From positions 3,120 to 67,119 of IMG/VR virus record IMGVR_UViG_3300025000_000090: 64,000 nt of DNA. One strand, 5' to 3'. The position numbers and the translations under genes are program-made. Of this stretch, positions 21,025-29,817 are shown piece after piece. Numbering within the stretch: the first letter of the stretch is position 1; each line of letters opens with the position of its first letter. Source of the stretch: a virus. Below the pieces are notes generated by a model that did no database searches, had not been told where the DNA came from, and saw only the letters and a program-made list of their open reading frames with translations.

Positions 21025-21399
21025 ATGATAATAAAGACACCAAACAATGGAATAGCAAAATATAATTTTCCAAATATAGTTAAAAATGATGATTATGGTG
21101 GTGCATCTTTTACAATTACAGACTCTAAAACTGGATTAGCTATTGATATAACTAATGTTATTATAAAGATTGAGTTTAAACTTACATCTAGTTCTCCAGT
21201 AGCACTTACGTATTCAACTACTAATGGATTAATTCTAATAACTGATGCGATCAATGGAGTATTTCAAATAATAAGTAATCAGGTATCTATAGATGCCGGA
21301 AGATACTTATATGATTGTGAGTTTACATATCCTAATGGTAGAGTAAAAACTTATTTTAGCGGAACTTGGGTAATAATTCAAGATATAACAAATGGATGA
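21025..21399 (+). CDS. BppU-N-like Ig-fold structural protein
   Basis: 'AIDIT', 'ITDAING', 'AGRYLYD' and 'TYFSG.W.I..DIT'. Confidence 0.6.
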   Translation: MIIKTPNNGIAKYNFPNIVKNDDYGGASFTITDSKTGLAIDITNVIIKIEFKLTSSSPVALTYSTTNGLILITDAINGVFQIISNQVSIDAGRYLYDCEFTYPNGRVKTYFSGTWVIIQDITNG

Positions 21400-22666
21400 T
21401 ATAAGGTTAGTTGTTGATGAGGAGCTTGACGATGTCATAATAGAAGTCGAACCTTTATATAAAGTGACTGTATCAAAGACTGGTAATGGAACTATATTCC
21501 CAGATGGAGAAGGTGATTTTTATTATAGTGAAAATGAAATAAGTAATATTTTTGCACTACCAGATGCTGGATATATCTTTGAAGACATTTCAGTTAATGG
21601 AACTGGAACTATAACAAATCCGTTAGCTTTTAATGTTTTAAAGCCTTATGACCTAACTGTAAACTTTATTTCATTAGGCGGAATCTTAATTCCACAAATA
21701 AAAGTATTCGATTCATCCCCAGTTTTAAAAGGAAATAAATATTATTTTGGTGACCACTCCACAAAAGATAACGATGTTTTGGTTAAAAACATAATGGTTG
21801 GCACTTTTTCGCAGACGGCATATGTTAACACTAACATGTATATTTTAGGACAAACCCCAATCAATTTTAAAATTAGCTATGAGCCAGCAAATGTGGCACT
21901 AACCAAATATTTATTGGTTTCAAAAACAGGATTAGCTGGATCAAAAGGCATTTTTGTTAACATAACAAATCTTTGGGCTTTAAATATTACTATATCAAAT
22001 GGGACATCTCAACAAACCATTATTGTATGTGATTTACAAAGTGTTGTTAACCATGATATTGAAATAGATTGGAACGGGTTGGCTGGAAGTACAATTACTG
22101 TAACAGTAAATGGGGTTATTTATACATTTACGGCATTATACGAGTGGGTAGGAAATTCGGCAACCTTAGCTACTATAGGATTCACATCAGGAAGTTGTGA
22201 AGGTAAAGTTTCTCATTCTAAATTGTTAAATGGAGCTAACTATTTTGAATATGTATTTAATCATGGTCAAGGTTCTGTTATATATAATATTTTAGGTGGA
22301 GCAAATGGCACACTGACCGGAGCTGTATTATCAACATTTTGGGGATCAACTTCTGATTATGCAGTTCCTTTTGATTTGACATTAGGTGCGACTCTATATC
22401 AAAATAATTCAGACCAAACAATAATGTCGATATGTTTTGACACATCTCAAGCAATTGCAGGATTCTTGCGATTAGAATGGTTGTTGGCAGGAAGCGGTAT
22501 TTTAAGAGGGTTGTCAAATAAATATAATATCCCTATTTCAATATCAGGAATGTCGGCAGGTGATTACAATGAAGCCGGATTAAGGGCTTTGGTTGAAAGT
22601 GATTACATAAATAAAACAGAAGGTGAAAACACGATTAGTCTGTTGGAAGGGATGGTGTTGGAATGA
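21392..22666 (+). CDS. Putative adhesin/structural protein (InlB B-repeat-like and LamG-like regions)
   Basis: 'GNGTIFP...A.PDAGYIF...VNG...NPL' beta-grasp repeat, followed by a beta-rich lectin-like region ('FNHGQGS'). Confidence 0.45.
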   Translation: MDDIRLVVDEELDDVIIEVEPLYKVTVSKTGNGTIFPDGEGDFYYSENEISNIFALPDAGYIFEDISVNGTGTITNPLAFNVLKPYDLTVNFISLGGILIPQIKVFDSSPVLKGNKYYFGDHSTKDNDVLVKNIMVGTFSQTAYVNTNMYILGQTPINFKISYEPANVALTKYLLVSKTGLAGSKGIFVNITNLWALNITISNGTSQQTIIVCDLQSVVNHDIEIDWNGLAGSTITVTVNGVIYTFTALYEWVGNSATLATIGFTSGSCEGKVSHSKLLNGANYFEYVFNHGQGSVIYNILGGANGTLTGAVLSTFWGSTSDYAVPFDLTLGATLYQNNSDQTIMSICFDTSQAIAGFLRLEWLLAGSGILRGLSNKYNIPISISGMSAGDYNEAGLRALVESDYINKTEGENTISLLEGMVLE

Positions 22667-22974
22667 TGTATTATGTAATATTACCTTCTGAAATGTTGGA
22701 TGTTGTTTTGCCGGAAGCCGTGAAAAAGTATGCAAACTACGACAAAGATTATACACTACGTGAAGTTGCTTTTATTTGCAGTGAGTTAAAGGATGGAAAT
22801 TGGTTGGTAAGCTGCAAATTATCTAATTATCAATACATAAAAAATCATTGTGTACTAGAAGAAATGAGCGAAATGGAGATAACGATGGCTAAACAGTTTT
22901 ACGGTGAAGAAAACCTATTAATAGAGGAACAAATACTAGGATTACAATATAAGAATTTAGAAGAAATAATATAA
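22663..22974 (+). CDS. Hypothetical protein
   Basis: 103-aa ORF with an ATGA overlap with the upstream gene. Confidence 0.55.
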   Translation: MMYYVILPSEMLDVVLPEAVKKYANYDKDYTLREVAFICSELKDGNWLVSCKLSNYQYIKNHCVLEEMSEMEITMAKQFYGEENLLIEEQILGLQYKNLEEII

Positions 22975-22984
22975 GATATAGGAT

Positions 22985-23791
22985 ATGTCAGTAAAAGGTA
23001 AATATACATCATTACATGATGTCATTGAAAGAATACATAGATCTGGTATAAGTGATTTTACCGAAGAAGAAGCTAAGGAATGGACTTGGGAAGTATTATC
23101 ATTAATAGGAGTTCCTTCTTTCTTGGTAAACAAAGTTGCGATTCTGCTTGTTGAGAATGCTAGGACTACAATGCCTTATGATTTAGCAGATTTTTCTGAA
23201 GGCGGAATAAGAGAATTTTATACAAAAACTACATTAATAAAAGAAAGTGATACTTTTTTCAATCCAGACAATGTTGGTAATTTAGATGCAACGGTTCAGT
23301 TTAACTTTGAAGCACCATCAGTTGTATTTATTGACGGTATTCAAGTAGATGAAGGTGATGGGTTCATTACCGCCGTACCAAAACAATTTTATGAAAGACA
23401 AGAATATACTTATAGAATAAACAATAACTTTATTGAAACTGGATTTAAAACTGGAGTTATTGAGATGGCTTATAAAACATTTCCAGTTGATAATGAGAAT
23501 AATCCGATGATAGATGATGATGCTAAAGTGATTAGGGCAGTTGTTGCTTATATCTCAAAAAAAGTAATCACTAGGATGTGGCTAAGGGATGAAGTTGAAA
23601 AACAAAAGAAAGAATATTTTGACCAAGAATATTCATTTGCAATTGCTTCAGCAAGAAGTAATTCTAGTTTAGGTTCCATTGATGATTGGGAAGTTATTAG
23701 AGCTAGGATGAATAGAATTTATAGAGATCCAAATATGCATAAAACTGGATTCAAGGGATATGGTTACAGTGAATCAATTAATTTGCAATAA
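22985..23791 (+). CDS. Tail tubular/ring protein (R1, P22 gp4-like)
   Basis: 'KYTS...VIERI', 'EW..E.L..IG', 'YRINNNFIETGFKTG', 'FPVD....PMI.DD'. Immediately upstream of the muzzle gene. Confidence 0.82.
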   Translation: MSVKGKYTSLHDVIERIHRSGISDFTEEEAKEWTWEVLSLIGVPSFLVNKVAILLVENARTTMPYDLADFSEGGIREFYTKTTLIKESDTFFNPDNVGNLDATVQFNFEAPSVVFIDGIQVDEGDGFITAVPKQFYERQEYTYRINNNFIETGFKTGVIEMAYKTFPVDNENNPMIDDDAKVIRAVVAYISKKVITRMWLRDEVEKQKKEYFDQEYSFAIASARSNSSLGSIDDWEVIRARMNRIYRDPNMHKTGFKGYGYSESINLQ

Positions 23792-26700
23792 TGACTAAAA
23801 AAATAATAAGACCACTTAAGGGTATTGATGTTGATTCTTCTGTAAGTAGAAGGGATGATAATACTATTTATATTGCAAAGAATCTAAGGGTTAATAATCA
23901 TGATGATTCTAGACTTGGTGAATATACGAATATAAAAGGAACTAATATTATAATAGGATATAGCGCAGCCTGTACAATATTGAAAATCCATAAATTAAAT
24001 AAGAAATTCATTATATTCTTGATGACAATGATTGGTGATACTATCTGCTTGGTTGATGAGGATGATATACCAATAAATGGTGAAGCTGCTATTTCCTTGG
24101 ATTTTACTAATTACTATTGGTCCACATCTCCTGGACATAAGGTTTTTAGTGGTAGCATGGGATTTGCTGCTGGACTTGAGATTGAAGTCAGATCATATTA
24201 TGAGAGTGATTTAGTCCAAAAGATATATTGGACTGTAAATAATCCAAATGGATTAGCTTTGCCAACTCAACCATTAAGGTCATTAAACGTTATTTATTCT
24301 GCAATCAACGATCCATCATCATATAGCGTTCAAGATCTTGATATTGTACCATCAGTTGTAATGACTGAGCCACACGTTAACCAGACGGTGTCTGGAAATT
24401 TATTATCTGGTAAGATATTTTATGCTTATAAACTTATTAACAATAATGGATCTGAAACTGCAATATCACCAATATCTAAAGGCTATAACTTAACAACTGC
24501 ATCCAATACAGATGCTAATGATTATAAGTATAAAGGAGTTGGATTTGATGTAAATACAAATAAAGGAATAAATCTTACAATATCAAATATAGATACTTCT
24601 TTTAATAAAATAAAGATATATTCTATACATTATTTAAATGATGTATCATTACCAAAAGTAAGTTTAATTTATGATGGTTCATCTTCCACAACGTTAACTA
24701 CAAATGATGTTGGAATTCCTATATTAGACATATCTCCAGAAGAATTCTTATCTGCAAATGGTTTACTTTTGAATGAAGGACAGCTTGAAATTAAAAACAA
24801 TAGATTGTTTATTGGCAACTATAGTGAAGAATTGTTTGACATAGATAATTTTGCTACTGATGATTATTGGGATGCAAGATCTTATAGGTTTATAGGTAGT
24901 GGTAATGCTGTAATATGGAATAGCGCATTATCTTCATTTATTACTATAGATAGAACAGTACCAGATTATTCAACTACTACTATACCAAAAACATATGATT
25001 GTGTAAATAAAAGCAATGATATAGCTGAGTGGGGAACTCCACTTTCATCAAATTATATATACCAAATTGACGGAACAACAATTGGTTCTTCTGGACCAAA
25101 TATACAAATAGAACAAGTCGAGCATTATTTCTTGTCTCCAGATGATTCAGGTGAAAATACTAAATGGTATAGCAAAAAAATAAGTGGCGGATATGATAGT
25201 TTTGCGAGACCAGAAAATGATACTTATAACAAGATATTTAAATTAGAAGAAGTATATAGGTTATCTATCCAATTTAGGAATAGTAAAAACCAATATTCTT
25301 ATCCGAAGTGGATTTGTGATTATAAATATGTTTATGATACAACTAATTATGATCCAATACAATTCTTAGCTACTCCAGTAAGAGTAGAAATGCCATTATA
25401 TCATTTGAATGTAACTGTTAGTAATATACCTCTAGATGAAAATGGAGATGCGTATCAATATAGAATAATGTATGTTCCGTTAACTGAATCAGATAGAAGT
25501 GTTTATTGGGGATTATTTATACCGCTACCGTATATTACTGCTGAAACAGCTAAATATAGAGCTGTTGGTATCAACAAAGAGTATGATTTATCTAATACAA
25601 ACATAGATCAGGATTCGGAAACTCCAGTAACATTTTCAAACAAATATTTAGAATTCATTTCTCCAGAATATTGTTTAGGTGATAAAAAGATGTATTCAAG
25701 GTTTAGTTTATTTAAAAATGCACTTAATGTAAGTATAATAAGGAATAATGTTCAAACTCATCAATCTAATATATATAAAATTTTTGGTTTCGTTGCTTCA
25801 TCTTATTTAAATGTTAATAAATCATTATCATTACAACAAGACGTTGAATATGATGTTGATATAGAAGGAACTATTCCATTGAGTGGAACTGATGTGTTTA
25901 TCAGAAAGGGGGAAACTGTTGTTTTTACTGAAATTCCATATTATACTTTTAATGGGAAACATAAATTATTTGGCAATTCAAACAAAGGAAGGTGTCAGAT
26001 ATTACAACCAACGTCATCAATATCATCGCCATATACATATACTCAATATTGGGGATGTGCTTATGTTGATAATTTTGAATCAAGATATGGTGGAACTTCA
26101 TATAATTCAAGAAAAATGAATGGATATGTTGCTTTAACTGATTTTTCTAATACCGCATATCAAGAAGTTAAGGGAGATGTTTATTCTGGGGTATTTGAAT
26201 ATTTAAGGCAAATTTCAGACAATAGTCATCCATTCATTAGAAATAATCAAATAATTGGAGGTAGTAACATTGATATAATTCAAACAAATCCGTCATATAC
26301 TGCTGGAAATAATGAAATAGTAATATTCCCAACATATTCTGTTCAAAATTTGAAACTTAGGAATGATAGTTATTTTACAAGTATATACACAGAAACAAGT
26401 TCATATATGATTCATGAATTTTCTGGTGTTTACACTGATTTAGATCCTACCACGTTAAGAGAGAATACTTATGTAAATAAAACTGGAACTCCATTTACAC
26501 AATTAGAGAATTTATACCTATACAATAATACATACTCAAGAGATCAGAATCTATTTGAATACTTTGAAAAACAAGATACAAATTCTATATTAAAATCATT
26601 TAATAATAGGATTGTTGCTTCTGATTTGAAAATATTGGGGGAATCATCTGATTCATTTTTAAATATTAATCCTTCTACATATATTGATGTAGATGGTCAA

Positions 26701-27654
26701 TATGGTGAAATTTTAGAACTTAGAATCTTTAATAATAGATTATACTTCTTTCAGGAACATGCTATCGGTATAGTGTCTGTAAATGAGCAGGCAACTACAA
26801 ATATCAATGGTGATGCTACTCTTGTATTGGGATCTGTTGGATTACTTGGTAGGTATGATTATATCACAATTAACAATGGAATAAACAACTCTAACCACGT
26901 AATTACAAGCGATAATTCATTGTACTTTATTGATGAAATTAGAAAAGAATTTCTAAGGATTAGTGAAAATGGTCTTGAAAAAATTTCAATTACGAAAAAT
27001 ATCAATAACATAGTTAAAACATATGATTTAACTGGAGCAAGGATTGTTCATAATAGAAAATATAATGAAATTCAGTTTCATTGTAAAATAAATGATGATG
27101 GTATTAAGTACAGAGCATTTATATTTAATGAAATACAAGATGCTTTTATAGGATACTTTGAATATCCATTTGGTATATTTGATTCTGAACCATTAGAAAG
27201 AATTGATATTGTAGATGCATTAGTATTAACTGACACAAATAAAATAGAATCTCTTAATGATGGGGATTATAATAAATTTGAAAACACATATACTCCAAGC
27301 GAAATTACCTTTCTAATAACTGCAAATCAAGATGATGTTGTATTGTTTAATGTTGTGGAGTTTTTAATGACTCAGGTTGATTCTAACGGAGCTTATGTAG
27401 ATTTTATTGATACAATAAGGATTTATAGTAATAATCATGATACTGGAGTTTTAGATTTTGCTACAAATGTAGAACGGAGATTTGAGAAATACAGAACAAA
27501 TAGATTAAGAAATTATACTGGTAGTAACGAAAGAATTTTATCTAACCATATCTATGTAACCATAACTACAAAGGATAACTCTGTTGGTGGGAATAATAGG
27601 GTATTCTTTAGAGATTTGATTACATCATTTACTGAGTATAACTACTATGGATAG
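23791..27654 (+). CDS. Muzzle / tail stabilization protein (P22 gp10-like)
   Basis: 1287 aa with 'NLR', 'YESDLVQKIYW', 'YAYKL..NGSET', 'KNNRLFIGN', 'NRI.AS..KILGE..DS' and 'VDGQYGEI'. Confidence 0.88.
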   Translation: MTKKIIRPLKGIDVDSSVSRRDDNTIYIAKNLRVNNHDDSRLGEYTNIKGTNIIIGYSAACTILKIHKLNKKFIIFLMTMIGDTICLVDEDDIPINGEAAISLDFTNYYWSTSPGHKVFSGSMGFAAGLEIEVRSYYESDLVQKIYWTVNNPNGLALPTQPLRSLNVIYSAINDPSSYSVQDLDIVPSVVMTEPHVNQTVSGNLLSGKIFYAYKLINNNGSETAISPISKGYNLTTASNTDANDYKYKGVGFDVNTNKGINLTISNIDTSFNKIKIYSIHYLNDVSLPKVSLIYDGSSSTTLTTNDVGIPILDISPEEFLSANGLLLNEGQLEIKNNRLFIGNYSEELFDIDNFATDDYWDARSYRFIGSGNAVIWNSALSSFITIDRTVPDYSTTTIPKTYDCVNKSNDIAEWGTPLSSNYIYQIDGTTIGSSGPNIQIEQVEHYFLSPDDSGENTKWYSKKISGGYDSFARPENDTYNKIFKLEEVYRLSIQFRNSKNQYSYPKWICDYKYVYDTTNYDPIQFLATPVRVEMPLYHLNVTVSNIPLDENGDAYQYRIMYVPLTESDRSVYWGLFIPLPYITAETAKYRAVGINKEYDLSNTNIDQDSETPVTFSNKYLEFISPEYCLGDKKMYSRFSLFKNALNVSIIRNNVQTHQSNIYKIFGFVASSYLNVNKSLSLQQDVEYDVDIEGTIPLSGTDVFIRKGETVVFTEIPYYTFNGKHKLFGNSNKGRCQILQPTSSISSPYTYTQYWGCAYVDNFESRYGGTSYNSRKMNGYVALTDFSNTAYQEVKGDVYSGVFEYLRQISDNSHPFIRNNQIIGGSNIDIIQTNPSYTAGNNEIVIFPTYSVQNLKLRNDSYFTSIYTETSSYMIHEFSGVYTDLDPTTLRENTYVNKTGTPFTQLENLYLYNNTYSRDQNLFEYFEKQDTNSILKSFNNRIVASDLKILGESSDSFLNINPSTYIDVDGQYGEILELRIFNNRLYFFQEHAIGIVSVNEQATTNINGDATLVLGSVGLLGRYDYITINNGINNSNHVITSDNSLYFIDEIRKEFLRISENGLEKISITKNINNIVKTYDLTGARIVHNRKYNEIQFHCKINDDGIKYRAFIFNEIQDAFIGYFEYPFGIFDSEPLERIDIVDALVLTDTNKIESLNDGDYNKFENTYTPSEITFLITANQDDVVLFNVVEFLMTQVDSNGAYVDFIDTIRIYSNNHDTGVLDFATNVERRFEKYRTNRLRNYTGSNERILSNHIYVTITTKDNSVGGNNRVFFRDLITSFTEYNYYG

Positions 27655-27694
27655 ATAATATATTTGTTCCTGATTTTATTTATATTTATTTTTG
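27651..27694 (+). promoter_or_regulatory. Bacteroidota-type promoter for cargo genes
   Basis: TTTG(27663)-N20-TATTTTTG(27687), with a weak inverted repeat centred on -33. Confidence 0.6.
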
Positions 27695-27709
27695 AATTTT
27701 TAAAATATT

Positions 27710-28672
27710 ATGATATACAATCCAAACATACAACAATATTCTTACGCTAATGGTGGAAGATTATATAATCAAAGATTACCTCAATATAGTTTTGGAAGTT
27801 TTTTACGTTCCAATGCAGGAACCATAGGTTCAGTTGTAGGTGCTGGTATTGGAACAATAATCGCCCCAGGGATTGGTACTTCAATTGGAGCATCCTTAGG
27901 CGGACAAGTTGGTGGAGCGGTACAATCTGATTATGAAGGAGACTTGGCCTATGATGCTCAAATGCAGCAAATGAATCAACAAAAGATGATGCAGGCCCAA
28001 GCTAACCAAATAAACATGGCTAATCAAAGACTTCAAAACAATAGCCTACAATCATCTAATAATGCTGGTACTAACAGATTTGCTTATGGCGGAAGATTGT
28101 CTGGAATTGATCCAGAGGCTTTATTTGCATTACATTTAAATGATTCATCTACCGGAAGAAGAGGTATTTATCGTGGATTAACTCCAGAAAGTCAAAGTTT
28201 AATAAGGAAGAATGAAGGATTTGATAATAATCAAAAATCTACAGTTCAAACAATATATAGAGGGAATCAACATAATTTTTACGGAACCGGTAGTAATGGT
28301 GAAATAAATTATTTAAGTGCAACTCAACCATTTACTGGTACTGAGATGAATGAATATCAACAACATCTTGATGCTTTGAAACAAAGAGATAACCGTATGA
28401 ATAATTTTCAATTACCATTTAATCCACAAACTCCAGAATTGAAACAAAAGGCACTTGGTGGACAATTACAAGAATATACTGGACAAACACATCAAGGAAA
28501 AGATGGAGGGATAAAGGTTGATGCAATGGGAAATCCTACGTCAGTATCTGGTAATCAAGCAGTTGGATTAGTTGAGGATAAAGAAAATTCTTGGTTAGAT
28601 CCATCAACAAAACAAACTTATATCTTCTCTGATAAATTATTTTACAATAAGGATATAAAATCTAGAAAATAA
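27710..28672 (+). CDS. Cargo (ejection) protein 1, N-terminal part
   Basis: YANGG/FAYGG/KALGG motifs, a glycine-zipper hydrophobic hairpin, and 'G.TH....GGI...VE..E...YIFSDKL'. Confidence 0.7.
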   Translation: MIYNPNIQQYSYANGGRLYNQRLPQYSFGSFLRSNAGTIGSVVGAGIGTIIAPGIGTSIGASLGGQVGGAVQSDYEGDLAYDAQMQQMNQQKMMQAQANQINMANQRLQNNSLQSSNNAGTNRFAYGGRLSGIDPEALFALHLNDSSTGRRGIYRGLTPESQSLIRKNEGFDNNQKSTVQTIYRGNQHNFYGTGSNGEINYLSATQPFTGTEMNEYQQHLDALKQRDNRMNNFQLPFNPQTPELKQKALGGQLQEYTGQTHQGKDGGIKVDAMGNPTSVSGNQAVGLVEDKENSWLDPSTKQTYIFSDKLFYNKDIKSRK

Positions 28673-29817
28673 TGAAAAAGAATAAAACTACAATAGCTGA
28701 AGAGCATAAGAAAATATATAATAGGTTTTATACAAATACCAAAAGAAAACCTGGTGAAGATCAATTCACTGATGAAGCCTATAATATGGCTGCTAAGAGA
28801 TTAATGGAATATCAGGAATCTATTAAACCAAAAGAATCAAAACAACCTGAATCTCAGGATAATTCGCAATTCGCAAATCAAGAATTTAGAATAGGCGGGG
28901 AACTGCCAATGCATTGGGATGGAAGTTTTTTAAATAAATTTCAAAATAATGGTGGTATTTATGGATCTCCTATGAAATATAAAGATTCTATAATTGGATA
29001 TAACCCATCAATAAATACAGATTATAGTAATTTTGGAACTGATGTTTTTAAACAAGAAGGATTTCAGGCTAATATAACTCCAGAAGTTAATCTTGTTAAT
29101 CCAAGTGCTAATTCAACCATGCAAAACCAATCAGATGGTGAGCAATACTCACCAATTGCCAACATCTTAGGCCCAGCATTATCAATAGGTGCTAATGCAA
29201 TGTCTTCTTCTATATTAAAAAATAACGCAGAACGTAGAAAAAAAGATTTATTAAAGAATGTAGGTGTAAATTTAGGTAGAGTCCAGGCTAATCAAATTGA
29301 TTTAGGTAGAGAGAGAAGCAATATAAGGTCAAATGAGGCACTAACTGAGTCAACTGGTAGGTATATGGCTAAAGGGGCTAGAAGTGCATCAGAAGCTGCC
29401 AGAATAGCTCTAATGGCAAAATTGGGCGGTAGCAGAACTGCTGGAGATCAATTAGGGCAATCTTATCAAAAAGAAGAAATGGTTAATGCTGATTATAGGA
29501 CTAGGGCTGATGAAACAAATAGACAATTATCTGCTCAAGAAGCTATGATGAAACAGCAACAAACTATGGATATTGAACAGAGATATGGTGATGCTCATGC
29601 TCAAATAAGGGCTGGATTTGCTCAATCAACTGGTCAAACCATACAAAACTATATGTCTGAAAATCAAAGAATGAAAAGAGATAATAATTACCTTAATATG
29701 CTTAATCCAAATTATGAATTAGATTATCAACAAGAATATAATAAATCAAATGATATGGATCAATTATTATACAGATTGGGTATTAAGACTCTAAATCCAA
29801 CTAAAAGGGTAAGATAA
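28672..29817 (+). CDS. Cargo (ejection) protein 1, C-terminal part
   Basis: 'RLMEYQE', FRIGG motif and Q/A/R-rich helices. TAATG overlap with the upstream gene. Confidence 0.65.
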   Translation: MKKNKTTIAEEHKKIYNRFYTNTKRKPGEDQFTDEAYNMAAKRLMEYQESIKPKESKQPESQDNSQFANQEFRIGGELPMHWDGSFLNKFQNNGGIYGSPMKYKDSIIGYNPSINTDYSNFGTDVFKQEGFQANITPEVNLVNPSANSTMQNQSDGEQYSPIANILGPALSIGANAMSSSILKNNAERRKKDLLKNVGVNLGRVQANQIDLGRERSNIRSNEALTESTGRYMAKGARSASEAARIALMAKLGGSRTAGDQLGQSYQKEEMVNADYRTRADETNRQLSAQEAMMKQQQTMDIEQRYGDAHAQIRAGFAQSTGQTIQNYMSENQRMKRDNNYLNMLNPNYELDYQQEYNKSNDMDQLLYRLGIKTLNPTKRVR

